NCBI GenBank assembly: GCA_035759745.1
Contig: DASTUF010000112.1
Coordinates: 905 to 64,904 of the forward strand
DNA length: 64,000 nt
Source of the DNA: Gemmatimonadales bacterium
GTDB lineage: Bacteria > Gemmatimonadota > Gemmatimonadetes > Gemmatimonadales > GWC2-71-9
Direction of reading: 5' to 3'
The stretch's first letter is position 1. Each line of letters begins with the position of its first letter. Shown here piece by piece: positions 8,497-17,075 of this stretch. A program made the position numbers and the translations under genes. The notes under the pieces were generated by a model. That model was not told the DNA's origin. It did not search any database and saw nothing but the letters and a program-made list of their open reading frames with translations.

Positions 8497-8939
8497 GGCC
8501 CCACGCTGCCATTGAGATCCACCAGTTCTCCATCCTTCAACTGAACGCCCAGGGTATGCTCCTCGTCCCACTGGGTTTCCATCCGGATCTCCACCGTGAA
8601 CGCTCGGCGCTCGGGATCGATGTCTACATAGGTGACATGCAGGTAGCTCCACACGTCGCCCGGGTCGACCAGTTCATCGAGCGTTCCTTCCTCGCTGTAG
8701 GGCTCGTAGTGCTCGAACAGCGCGTCCGCCACCTGCGACTCCAGCGCGGCGTACTCTGTCGGCAGCGCCGCGGCCAGTTCCAGCGCGGCTGACGACGGCG
8801 CCTTGCGGTCACCCGCCAGGTGCAACTCGACCTTGCCGTGAGGTGGAAGGTTGATGGCGCCGATCCAGTCGCCGTGCTTGCGGATGAACGTGCCCAGGCG
8901 GGCGTGGGTGAAGGGCTCTGATGCAAGGAAGGCAGCCAT
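8493..8939 (-). CDS. Hypothetical small acidic protein
   Basis: 148-aa ORF with coding-like composition, coupled to the downstream ATP-grasp gene. No family was recognised with confidence. Confidence 0.55.
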   Translation of the reverse strand: MAAFLASEPFTHARLGTFIRKHGDWIGAINLPPHGKVELHLAGDRKAPSSAALELAAALPTEYAALESQVADALFEHYEPYSEEGTLDELVDPGDVWSYLHVTYVDIDPERRAFTVEIRMETQWDEEHTLGVQLKDGELVDLNGSVGP

Positions 8940-8973
8940 GGCGGCCTCGGGGTTGGGGTCCGTTACCGTCAGT

Positions 8974-9414
8974 CTACTGCGCCGACCCGGAGCCTGCCAG
9001 CGCCTCGCATCGAGCCTTCAGTCCGCGGTTCTCATCGGCGATGGCCTTCCGGATTCCCAGCCACAGCACCGGCCACAAGAGGATCGTTAGCACACCGTGG
9101 GCGTCAACCCGCAACTCGTTCCGCGTGGCGCCCCCTTCGGGGATGACGTGGTGGCTCCCGACGAAATGGAGGCCGGGTCGGCGGGTCTCCCAGCTGAAAC
9201 GTTCACCCGGCACGAACTCGGTGACGGTCCATGTCGCCTCAGGTTGGGTCGGCTGCTTGAGGAGGGCGACGCTGCCGAGTCCGAATGGACCGTTGTCCAG
9301 CCGACTCGCGGCGGTGACGGTCGACGTCCACTCCGGCCACCGTTCGATGTCCTGGCTGACGGACCAGACCAGCTCCGGCGGCGCTGCAATTGCGATCGTG
9401 TTCTCAAGGCGCAT
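8974..9414 (-). CDS. SRPBCC family protein (polyketide cyclase/dehydrase-like)
   Basis: MRLENTIAIAAPPELVWSVSQDIERWPEW... is a typical SRPBCC N-terminus. Confidence 0.75.
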   Translation of the reverse strand: MRLENTIAIAAPPELVWSVSQDIERWPEWTSTVTAASRLDNGPFGLGSVALLKQPTQPEATWTVTEFVPGERFSWETRRPGLHFVGSHHVIPEGGATRNELRVDAHGVLTILLWPVLWLGIRKAIADENRGLKARCEALAGSGSAQ

Positions 9415-9431
9415 GAGGAACAGTCTACGCT

Positions 9432-10055
9432 CTAGCGCGGTCGAGCGGCAGGCTTCCGTTCGGGGACGATCGTCTCGCCCCGGGCGAGCATGTCCACCAG
9501 CTGGGCGATCTTCCTGGCCCGGCCCGCGGGCGTCTTCATGTTGTTGGTGCGGAAGGCCAGTGCGAAGAGGTTGGTCTTGCCCAGGGTCTGGAACGTCTTC
9601 CTTGCGCGGGCGTTGGCCTCGATGGCGGCGCGCAGGTCGGCGGGCACGGTGTCCACGGTGGCGCTGCGGATCGGTGCGTAGGCCGCGTCCCAGCGGCCGT
9701 CCGCCTTGGCGGCGTCGACTTCCCGCTGGCCCTGCGGAGTCATGCGTCCGGCCGCTACCAGCCGGGCCACGTTCTCGCGATTCACCTGGCTCCAGGTACT
9801 CTTCGGCTTGCGGCGGCTGTACCGCTGCAGGTAGGACTCCTCGTCGTGGCTCTTCCGGATGGCATCGATCCAGCCCCAGCAGAGCGCCACATCGAGCGCT
9901 TCGGCGGGCGTCACCGTCTTCCTGCCAGTCCCCTTCTTGTAGATGCGGATCCAGATCTCGGACTCGCGCTCGTGGTTGGCACGGAGCCAGGTCTGGAACG
10001 CCTGCCAGGTGCGGAAGCTCTTGATCGTGCGGGGATCAGGGGTGACGGGTGGCAT
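9432..10055 (-). CDS. YdeI/OmpD-associated family protein
   Basis: ...WLRANHERESEIWIRIYKKGTG...ALDVALCWGWIDAIRKS...YLQRYSRRKPKSTWSQVN... matches the YdeI family pattern. Start taken at MPPVTPDP. Confidence 0.75.
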   Translation of the reverse strand: MPPVTPDPRTIKSFRTWQAFQTWLRANHERESEIWIRIYKKGTGRKTVTPAEALDVALCWGWIDAIRKSHDEESYLQRYSRRKPKSTWSQVNRENVARLVAAGRMTPQGQREVDAAKADGRWDAAYAPIRSATVDTVPADLRAAIEANARARKTFQTLGKTNLFALAFRTNNMKTPAGRARKIAQLVDMLARGETIVPERKPAARPR

Positions 10056-10083
10056 GGCGGAAATATATGGCTCGGCCGCGAGG

Positions 10084-10725
10084 CTATGGCTCGGTGACGA
10101 CAATCGTGAAAGCTGAGGTCACGCCCTCCGCCCTCGCTGAGATGGTGGCCTGGCCAGGCCCGACCCCCCAGACCCGCGCGAGACCGGAACTGAATCCGCT
10201 GCGAGGTGTGTACTCGATGGTCGCCATCGTCGAATCGCTGGATGTCCACGCGACCTGTCGCTGCAACGGGTTGCCCACACTGTCCAGAACCTCATAGTGG
10301 ATATCGGTTGACTGACCCACAGCGATCGAGCTGGACGCCGGGGCAAGGTTCACGGCCGCAACAGAGGCGCGGTGAACCAGGATCGGAATGGTATCCGCCA
10401 GGGGACGTGCCGAATGCTGCGCTATGATCAGCCCGGTTGTCGCTTCCCATCCATGGACGGTCACCTCCCACGGCAGTGGGCGCAGAAATCCTGACGAAAA
10501 CCCTACTGCGTTCGAGGGCGGATCGGACAGGAAGGACCAGTTTACCTGGCTGATCACCTGATATTCGGACAGGTTCGTGAACAGAGCGACCGTCGTGAAC
10601 TGCCCTTCCACGAGCTCGATACGGCGCGGGGAGATCCGGAAGCTTGGCGCAGCCGCTGGAGCGGCAGCCTCATCACAACCTGCGATCAGTCCGACCAGGA
10701 GCGGGAGAATCCGCATAGGGCGCAT
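10084..10725 (-). CDS. Lipoprotein with C-terminal bacterial Ig-like (Big_2) domain
   Basis: Lipobox LIAGC. The C-terminal segment is Big_2-like: VAAVNLAPASSSIAVGQSTDIHYEVLDSVGNPL...VTSAFTIVV. Confidence 0.7.
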   Translation of the reverse strand: MRPMRILPLLVGLIAGCDEAAAPAAAPSFRISPRRIELVEGQFTTVALFTNLSEYQVISQVNWSFLSDPPSNAVGFSSGFLRPLPWEVTVHGWEATTGLIIAQHSARPLADTIPILVHRASVAAVNLAPASSSIAVGQSTDIHYEVLDSVGNPLQRQVAWTSSDSTMATIEYTPRSGFSSGLARVWGVGPGQATISARAEGVTSAFTIVVTEP

Positions 10726-10850
10726 AGGTTCCTCACAGCATGAGGGAGCAGCACGGTGGTCGCAGGGGCCTGCGAAGCGACGGCACCACCAAGCAACGGA
10801 CGAGGCATCAAGCAGGAGTCAAGGCAGGGTGGGGAGCTGACGGTATAGTC

Positions 10851-10881
10851 AAGAAAAAAGGCCGGCGCACCCGCGCCGGCC
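10851..10881 (-). terminator. Rho-independent terminator after tRNA-Gln
   Basis: On the minus strand: GGCCGGCGC-GGGT-GCGCCGGCC followed by TTTTTTCTT. The 9-bp GC stem (10860-10868 / 10873-10881) sits directly downstream of the tRNA 3' end. Confidence 0.85.
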
Positions 10882-10882
10882 A

Positions 10883-10955
10883 TTGCCCCTCCTGGGCTCG
10901 AACCAGGACTCTCCTGATCCAGAGTCAGGCGTGTTGCCAGTTACACCAAGGGGCA
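10883..10955 (-). tRNA. tRNA-Gln (anticodon CUG)
   Basis: The reverse complement folds as a cloverleaf. Acceptor UGCCCCU/AGGGGCA, anticodon stem CCUGA/UCAGG with loop CUCUGGA (CUG), and T-arm CCUGGUUCGAGCCCAGG. CCA is not encoded. Confidence 0.85.
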
Positions 10956-10972
10956 GAATCTCGAATTTTCAA

Positions 10973-11045
10973 TGGAGCTGAGGGGGATCGAACCCCTGAC
11001 CTCTGCAGTGCGATTGCAGCGCTCTCCCAGCTGAGCTACAGCCCC
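10973..11045 (-). tRNA. tRNA-Ala (anticodon CGC)
   Basis: The reverse complement is GGGGCUGUAGCUCAGCUGGGAGAGCGCUGCAAUCGCACUGCAGAGGUCAGGGGUUCGAUCCCCCUCAGCUCCA. It has the G3:U70 Ala identity pair and the anticodon loop AUCGCAC. CCA is not encoded. Confidence 0.9.
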
Positions 11046-11119
11046 AGAGAGGCACAAAGGTAGCCAGGGGCCGGACTTCGCGAAAGTTCCGGCCCCGAGG
11101 CACGCCCGTTCCCCGGCCC

Positions 11120-11716
11120 CTACTCCACCGGCACCATTAGATGGGCGTACGGACTGCCGGACCACATCACCCAGGCCCCGTTGCCCGCCGCGGTTGGCAG
11201 TCCAGCCAGCGCAGCCGGATCAGCTGGCACCAGCATCGTATGCGGCGGCTCGGTATTCCACTCGCCACCGGCCGGGGGCGCCATCATCGACGGGTCATCG
11301 TTGCTTGCATCCGCCCCGCCCTGGAGCATGTACCCCACCCCGGCCTCGTCGGTCTCGAACGGCGCCTGCCGACTCCAGGCGTCGACCAGCCGGACCCACA
11401 CCGAATCGAGGCACATCGGGTCGTTGACCGGGGTCAGCGGCAGGTCGGGCATGCAGGTCCAGCCATTGGTGCCCGCCCGCAGCTGGGTCATCGGCGCACC
11501 CGCGCTGTCCCCCCACGCCATGACGGTCGCATTCGCCGTGACCACGGAAGGCCCCGCGCTAATCGCATTCTGGATACTCCACTCCGGCGTGCCCTCCGCC
11601 GGCATGGTAGCCTCGGCCGCCATCTCGGATTCGCCCTCCGCAGCCTCGGGCGCTGGTCGCTGGCAGCCAAACAGGAGGAAAGGAACCACTGCCACTGCTG
11701 CGGGAAGCCGATACAT
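11120..11716 (-). CDS. Hypothetical lipoprotein
   Basis: Signal peptide with lipobox (FLLFGC). It is followed by the hairpin GGGGCCGGA...TCCGGCCCC at 11067-11096. Confidence 0.6.
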   Translation of the reverse strand: MYRLPAAVAVVPFLLFGCQRPAPEAAEGESEMAAEATMPAEGTPEWSIQNAISAGPSVVTANATVMAWGDSAGAPMTQLRAGTNGWTCMPDLPLTPVNDPMCLDSVWVRLVDAWSRQAPFETDEAGVGYMLQGGADASNDDPSMMAPPAGGEWNTEPPHTMLVPADPAALAGLPTAAGNGAWVMWSGSPYAHLMVPVE

Positions 11717-11766
11717 AAAGATCCTCCTTCATGTCAAGGCTCGGACTGCGGAATAGAACTGGAACG

Positions 11767-12705
11767 TTAGAGCATATGCTCCGGTACATCGGTGCGGAAC
11801 CCCACCTCCACCACCATCCCGTCCCGCGCCACCGACACTTCGGAAAATTCCTCCTGCGCCTCGGCCAGCAGCTCCGGCGCGTCCCGGGTGTACCGGGGGC
11901 TTATGTGGGTCAGCACCAGCTGGCGGACCCCTGCCTGCCGGGCCACCCGGGCCGCCTCCCGGGCGGTCGAGTGCCCGGTCTCCACCGCCCGCTCCTTCTC
12001 CTCATCGATGAACGTGGCCTCGTGCACCAGCAGGTCCGCCCCCCGGGAGGCCTCTACCAGCGCCGAGACCGGACGGGTGTCGCCCGAATAGACCACGGTG
12101 CGCCCCGGCCGGGAGGGACCCACCAGCTCTTCCGGGCCCACCTCCCTGCCATCCTCCAGCCGGATCCGCTCGCCCCGGTGGATCTGGCCCCAGAGCGGTC
12201 CCTCCGGCACTCCCAGCTCCCGGGCGAGGTCGGGGTCGAAGCGCCCTTTCCGGATGTGTTCCACCAGGGCCCAGCCGATGGTGTCGGCCCGGTGCTCGGT
12301 GGGGAACGCCACCAGGTCATAGTCCTTCCGCTTGAGCACGTCGCCGGCGGCGACCTCGACGATCTCGACCGGGAACTTGTTGCGCTCGATCCCGACGCCC
12401 AGCGCCGCACCGAGCACCCGCTTCGCCCCCTTCGGCCCGTGCAGTGTCAGCGGCGCGGTGCGGTCCAGCAGTCCCATGGTGCGCACCAGGCCGATGACGC
12501 CCAGCATGTGGTCGGCGTGGAAATGGCTGAAAAAGATCTCGGTGAAGCTGAAGCCCACGCCGTAACGCATCATCTGGCGCTGGGTGCCCTCGCCGCAATC
12601 GAAGATCAGCGTCTCGCCCTCGCGCTGGATGGCGAGCGACGAAACGTTGCGGTGGACCGACGGCATCGCGGCGCCGGTGCCGAGGAAGGTGAGGGAGAGT
12701 GACAC
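11767..12705 (-). CDS. rnz: Ribonuclease Z
   Basis: LTFLGTGAAMP...LIFDCGEGTQRQM...FFSHFHADHMLG (metallo-beta-lactamase HxHxDH). GTG 12705 gives a product of typical length (312 aa). The longer ORF reaching 12855 runs through an intergenic repeat. Confidence 0.85.
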   Translation of the reverse strand: MSLSLTFLGTGAAMPSVHRNVSSLAIQREGETLIFDCGEGTQRQMMRYGVGFSFTEIFFSHFHADHMLGVIGLVRTMGLLDRTAPLTLHGPKGAKRVLGAALGVGIERNKFPVEIVEVAAGDVLKRKDYDLVAFPTEHRADTIGWALVEHIRKGRFDPDLARELGVPEGPLWGQIHRGERIRLEDGREVGPEELVGPSRPGRTVVYSGDTRPVSALVEASRGADLLVHEATFIDEEKERAVETGHSTAREAARVARQAGVRQLVLTHISPRYTRDAPELLAEAQEEFSEVSVARDGMVVEVGFRTDVPEHML

Positions 12706-12748
12706 GGTCAGCGGCTCGGCAGCTCCTGGCTCGTTGGCGTAGCGGGAA

Positions 12749-12945
12749 CTGCAACCGCAGATTGCGCAGATTCCAGCTGCTGATTGTTCGTTGCCGAATC
12801 TGGCGACTGATTCCCGGGCCGAGTTGGCCGCAGGTGTTCTTGTGGGTTCTCCCACGAAAACAACCGAACCTCAGGCCGCCCGTAAGAGGAGGTCAGCCGA
12901 CCTCAGGCAATCAGCAGTGCAAATCTGCGCAATCTGCGGTTGCAG
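12749..12945. repeat. Inverted-repeat element, CGCAGATT-word family (copy 1)
   Basis: The left arm (12749-12786) and right arm (12908-12945) are reverse complements with a perfect 24-nt core, CTGCAACCGCAGATTGCGCAGATT. The spacer is about 120 nt. It is related to 45028..45289. Confidence 0.75.
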
Positions 12946-12970
12946 TTGCAGTGCCAATCGCAGTCCAACC

Positions 12971-13879
12971 CTAGAACACCTGGACTTGAATCGGAATCTT
13001 CCCCGGATTGGCCCGGATCGCCGCCATCAGCGAATCCAGCTGCGCGGTGGCCCGCACCATCCCGAAGTAGAGCGTGCTGTCGGACATGAACTTGCCCAGC
13101 GAGCCCTCGCCCCGGTTCATGCGGGCGAGCATCTGCTGCAGCTCGTCGCCGGTAGCGGCGAGTTTGGTGGACATCGCCTGCAGGCTCTGGGTGAGTGAAT
13201 CGCTCCGGTCCAGCGCGGCCTTGAGCCCCGGGTTGCCCACGACGCCCTCGAGCTGAGTGGACAGCGTCCGGAACTCCGACAGCGTGCGGGTCAGCTCGGC
13301 CGACGGGCCGGTGTTGGGGTTGGCGTAGAGCGCCATGGTCTGCTGGGTGGCGGCCAGGGTCTGCTGCAGCGCCGTCATGGTCTTCTCCAGCGCCTCGGTC
13401 ATCTCGGGCGACACCATCGCCTGGAAGCCCGACAGGACCGAGTCGGCCCGCGCTGCCAGGGGACCTACCACGTCGGTAATCCCCAGTTGCGACGTGCCCA
13501 TGATGATCGCGTCGGGCGGCAGCGGCTCCGGATCGTCGCCCGGAACCAGCGCGATCGCGGCGTCGCCGGCGGCGAGACTGACCGTGAAAATCGAGGCCGC
13601 AGCATCCTTCTGCAGCGGGAGGTCGCGGGTGAGCGCCACTTCCACCAGCACCTCGCCCGGCTGCACGAAGTTGATCGACTGGACCTTGCCCATCTCCACG
13701 CCGGAGATGCGGACCGCCGATGCTTCCTTGAGGTTGCCGATGTTCTCGAACTGGATCCGCACCAGCTCGCCCGGGTTGAACGACTTGCCCCGGAGCCACA
13801 TCGTCGCGGCGATGAAGAGGACGATGCCCAGCAGCACCAGCCCGCCCACCGAGATTTCCTTCTTGTAGTGCAGGTCCAT
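12971..13879 (-). CDS. mlaD: MlaD / MCE-family protein
   Basis: N-terminal TM helix followed by an MCE domain (...VRIQFENIGNLKEASAVRISGVEMGKVQSINF...). Last gene of the mlaE-mlaF-mlaD arrangement. Confidence 0.8.
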   Translation of the reverse strand: MDLHYKKEISVGGLVLLGIVLFIAATMWLRGKSFNPGELVRIQFENIGNLKEASAVRISGVEMGKVQSINFVQPGEVLVEVALTRDLPLQKDAAASIFTVSLAAGDAAIALVPGDDPEPLPPDAIIMGTSQLGITDVVGPLAARADSVLSGFQAMVSPEMTEALEKTMTALQQTLAATQQTMALYANPNTGPSAELTRTLSEFRTLSTQLEGVVGNPGLKAALDRSDSLTQSLQAMSTKLAATGDELQQMLARMNRGEGSLGKFMSDSTLYFGMVRATAQLDSLMAAIRANPGKIPIQVQVF

Positions 13880-13881
13880 GG

Positions 13882-14637
13882 TCAGGCCTCGGGAAGCGTG
13901 GCGTCCTGGAAGTCGCGCTCGAGAAACTCCCGCACCTTGGGACTGTCCGAGGCGAGAAACTCCTGCTGCGTTCCCTGCATCACGATCTTCCCTTCGCTGA
14001 GCAGCGCCAGCCGGTCGGCCACCCGGAATGCGCCGCGGACGTCGTGGGTCACCATCACGCTGGTGACGCCCAGCTCCTTGTCGAGCTGCTTGACCAGGTC
14101 ATCGATGATGTCGGCGTTCACGGGATCGAGCCCGGACGTCGGTTCGTCATAGAGCAGGTAGTCGGGCTCGCCCACGATGGCGCGGGCGATGCCCACCCGC
14201 TTGCGCATGCCGCCCGACAGCTCGGCCGGGTACTTCTCGATCGTTTCCGGCGCGAGGTTCACCAGCCGGATACAGCGCGACACTGCTTCCCGGCTGTAGC
14301 CTATGTCGTCGAACTTCTCGGTGTCCGAGATGCCCAGCCGCACGTTCTCGAACACGTTCATCGAGTCGAAGAGCGCGCCGTTCTGGAACACGTAGCCAAT
14401 GCGGTAGCGCAGCTGCCGCAAGTCGTTCCGCTTGAGTTTCGGCACGTCGAGCCCGTCCACCACCACGTTGCCGCGGTCGGGCTTGATCAGCCCGATGATG
14501 TGCTTGAGCAGGACGCTCTTCCCGGTGCCCGACGGACCCAGCAGCGCCACGGTCTCGCCGTCCGCCACCGTGAAGTCCACCCCGTCCAGCACCACCTGCT
14601 CGCCGAACCGCTTGGCGACATCCCGAAGCTCGATCAC
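13882..14637 (-). CDS. mlaF: ABC transporter ATP-binding protein (MlaF-type)
   Basis: Walker A GPSGTGKS, signature LSGGMRKRV, Walker B LLYDEP. GTG 14637 overlaps the mlaE stop (GTGA). The longer ORF reaching 15165 overlaps mlaE. Confidence 0.85.
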   Translation of the reverse strand: MIELRDVAKRFGEQVVLDGVDFTVADGETVALLGPSGTGKSVLLKHIIGLIKPDRGNVVVDGLDVPKLKRNDLRQLRYRIGYVFQNGALFDSMNVFENVRLGISDTEKFDDIGYSREAVSRCIRLVNLAPETIEKYPAELSGGMRKRVGIARAIVGEPDYLLYDEPTSGLDPVNADIIDDLVKQLDKELGVTSVMVTHDVRGAFRVADRLALLSEGKIVMQGTQQEFLASDSPKVREFLERDFQDATLPEA

Positions 14638-15428
14638 ACCGTGAGCAGCAGCTGCGCCAGCAGGGTATCGAGCAGCAGGATCAGCACCGAGGCGCTCACC
14701 ACCGCACCGGTGGTGGAGCGGCCCACACCTTCGGCCCCCTGGCCGGTATTGAAGCCCATGTAGCAGGGGATGAAAGTGATGGCGCCAGCAAAGAAGAAGG
14801 CCTTGATGAGCGAATAGTAGGCATCGAACGGGCGATAGTATGCCTGCGCGCCGTAGGCAAAGTCGGCATTGGTGAGCGGCATGACCTGCCGCGCGGAGAA
14901 CCAGCCCATCGCCACGCCGATCACATCGGCGAAGATCACCAGGACCGGCACCATGATCAGCCCCGCCACCACCCGTGGCACCAGCAGATGCGATGCCGGC
15001 GACCGGCCCAGGCTCTCCAGCGCGTCTATCTGCTCGGTGACCCGCATGGTGCCTATTTCGGCGGCGTAACGCGCCCCGATCCGGCCGGCGAGGATGAGTC
15101 CCGTGAGCACCGGCCCCAGCTCGAGGACGATCGACTGGGTGACGAGGGTGCCCACCACGAACCACGGAAGGTTGCCCTGGAACTGGTAGCCGGCCTGGAG
15201 CGCCGTCACCGCCCCGGCGAACGCGCTCACCAGCAGCACGATGAACAGGCTGCCGATGCCGATGTTCCAGGCCTCATCGAACGCCCGGGGCACCCAGATG
15301 CGTGGTTCCTTGAGGCCCCGGAAGAACTCCACCACCAGCATGCTCAAGCGTCCCACGTGCGCCAGAGCGCCGAGGACAACCCGACCGATGGATCGGCGGA
15401 GATTGAAGCGCTGGGGGGGAGGAGGCAT
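14634..15428 (-). CDS. mlaE: ABC transporter permease (MlaE-type)
   Basis: Multi-TM protein with the MlaE-like ...EIGTMRVTEQIDALE... motif. Confidence 0.85.
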   Translation of the reverse strand: MPPPPQRFNLRRSIGRVVLGALAHVGRLSMLVVEFFRGLKEPRIWVPRAFDEAWNIGIGSLFIVLLVSAFAGAVTALQAGYQFQGNLPWFVVGTLVTQSIVLELGPVLTGLILAGRIGARYAAEIGTMRVTEQIDALESLGRSPASHLLVPRVVAGLIMVPVLVIFADVIGVAMGWFSARQVMPLTNADFAYGAQAYYRPFDAYYSLIKAFFFAGAITFIPCYMGFNTGQGAEGVGRSTTGAVVSASVLILLLDTLLAQLLLTV

Positions 15429-15449
15429 GCGGTAGTATCTTGCCCCACC

Positions 15450-16109
15450 ATGCCACGTAAGTCCAGCCTGCGCACGCTCTCACGCGGCCCCGAATTCCGC
15501 CGCCGCCTGCTGCGCTGGTTCCGGGCCCACGGCCGGGACCTGCCCTGGCGCCGGACCCGCGATCCCTACGCCATCCTGGTTTCCGAGTTCATGCTGCAGC
15601 AGACCCAGGTCTCACGGGTGCTGGAATACTGGCCCCGCTTCCTGGAGCGGTTCCCCGCCCTGCCGGCGCTGGCGTCGGCGCCGCCTGCCAGTGTCCGGGA
15701 GGCGTGGGATGGCCTGGGCTATTATCGCCGGGCTGCCAACCTGCAAAAGCTGGCACGTACGGTGGTGGACAACGGGGGCGTGCTGCCGGACGACCCGGCG
15801 CAGCTGCGTGAGCTGCCGGGCGTGGGACGCTACACTGCGGGCGCGGTGGCGAGTTTCGCCTACGAGCGGCGCACCGCCGCGGTGGACACCAATGTCGCGC
15901 GAGTGCTGCGACGCGCATTCCATCCCCGCCGCGCCAGCGAGGCGACGCTGTGGGCGACGGCCGAGGCACTGTTGCCGAGACGGGGGAGCGATGTGTGGAC
16001 CTTCAACCAGGCGATCATGGAGCTGGGAGCACTGGTGTGCACGGCAAGAGTGCGGCGATGCGACGTGTGTCCGGTGCGGCAAGCCTGTGCGACTGGACGA
16101 CCAAAGTGA
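15450..16109 (+). CDS. HhH-GPD DNA glycosylase, MutY-like, short form without the C-terminal NUDIX-like domain
   Basis: ...LPWRRTRDPYAILVSEFMLQQTQV...LPGVGRYTAGAVASFAY... plus the 4Fe-4S loop CTARVRRCDVCPVRQAC. 219 aa. Confidence 0.75.
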   Translation: MPRKSSLRTLSRGPEFRRRLLRWFRAHGRDLPWRRTRDPYAILVSEFMLQQTQVSRVLEYWPRFLERFPALPALASAPPASVREAWDGLGYYRRAANLQKLARTVVDNGGVLPDDPAQLRELPGVGRYTAGAVASFAYERRTAAVDTNVARVLRRAFHPRRASEATLWATAEALLPRRGSDVWTFNQAIMELGALVCTARVRRCDVCPVRQACATGRPK

Positions 16110-16181
16110 ATGGTGAAGGGTGATTGGGGACAAGATTCGACACCCCCTTTCACCAATCACTTTTCACCGTTCACCCTTCAG

Positions 16182-16640
16182 CTAGACTCCTGTGCGATAC
16201 GCCACCCCTGCAATCAGCGCGATCCACGCCAGCACCCCGGCGATGGATCCTACCAGGGCGAGGCGCCTGCGGAGCGCGTCGAACGTCGCCGGCTCGGCCT
16301 CGGGGTCGGTCCGGCCGATGCGGCCCGCTGCCGGGAGCGAGAAGATGAGGGTCAGCAAGGCGCCCAGCAGGCCCGCTCCCTGCATCGTCATCAGCCAGTG
16401 ACTCATCCCGGTCTCGAAGGCGTTCATCATCCGCAGCGTCAGCACCAGTCCCGACAGCACCACCATCACCGCCCCCGGGGCGATGACCTTGCGGACGATC
16501 GCGGCCTGGGCGCGTGCCACGGTTCGCTGGCTGCCCCGGTCATCGCGCCGCACGACTTTCGCCACGCACATGGCGGCGAGCCCGCCGCCGATCCAGAACG
16601 CCAGCCCCGCGAAATGCACGAACAGCCACAGCGCCTTCAT
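16182..16640 (-). CDS. Integral membrane protein (4 TM, DUF2269-like)
   Basis: Four hydrophobic helices. Overlaps the upstream gene's stop by 4 nt. Confidence 0.55.
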   Translation of the reverse strand: MKALWLFVHFAGLAFWIGGGLAAMCVAKVVRRDDRGSQRTVARAQAAIVRKVIAPGAVMVVLSGLVLTLRMMNAFETGMSHWLMTMQGAGLLGALLTLIFSLPAAGRIGRTDPEAEPATFDALRRRLALVGSIAGVLAWIALIAGVAYRTGV

Positions 16641-17068
16641 CGCGCCACCTCCGAGAGAATTGCGTCATCCACCGGCTGCCGGCCTTCGAAGCCGCCGTCC
16701 ACCGGATGCCAATGGGTGATCCGTTCCTCGCCCAGTCGCCAGCAGAGCAGGATCGGCTGGTCGTCGCGCAGCGAGGGGAAGTCCACGAGGCCCGCATCGA
16801 AGCCCTTGAACACGCAGCCGATCGACTCCAGTTCCTTCAGGTAGCCGTCGATTCGCGCGGCGCGGGCGTTGACATCGTCCAGCACCGCCTGCATTTCGGC
16901 GGTCTCGCCACTGTCAGCCCGCGCCGCCAGGGTGAGCGCCTCGTAGCGCGACACGCCCGCGCGCCAGTCGGGATACTCCTTCACCAGGTCCGCCACGATG
17001 CCGCGCACCAGCGGAAGCGTGCGTTCCGCATCTTCCAGAGTGAAGAGCCGTGAATTGCTCATCTCCAA
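16637..17068 (-). CDS. DUF2203 family protein
   Basis: LFTLEDAERTLPLVRGIV...GCVFKGFDAGLVDFPS...LLCWRLGE pattern. Confidence 0.65.
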   Translation of the reverse strand: MEMSNSRLFTLEDAERTLPLVRGIVADLVKEYPDWRAGVSRYEALTLAARADSGETAEMQAVLDDVNARAARIDGYLKELESIGCVFKGFDAGLVDFPSLRDDQPILLCWRLGEERITHWHPVDGGFEGRQPVDDAILSEVAR

Positions 17069-17075
17069 CGTCCCT

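Noticed and set aside
10883-11045. The tRNA-Ala/tRNA-Gln pair considered as an integration hotspot marking a genomic island.
   Set aside because: No integrase, direct repeat of a tRNA 3' end, or phage/plasmid gene lies on either side. The flanking genes are ordinary lipoprotein and housekeeping genes.
11767-12855. The full-length 362-aa version of the RNase Z ORF, and similarly the 427-aa MlaF ORF 13882..15165.
   Set aside because: The N-terminal extensions run through a repeat element or through the upstream mlaE gene. Internal GTG starts give canonical-length proteins with start/stop overlaps.
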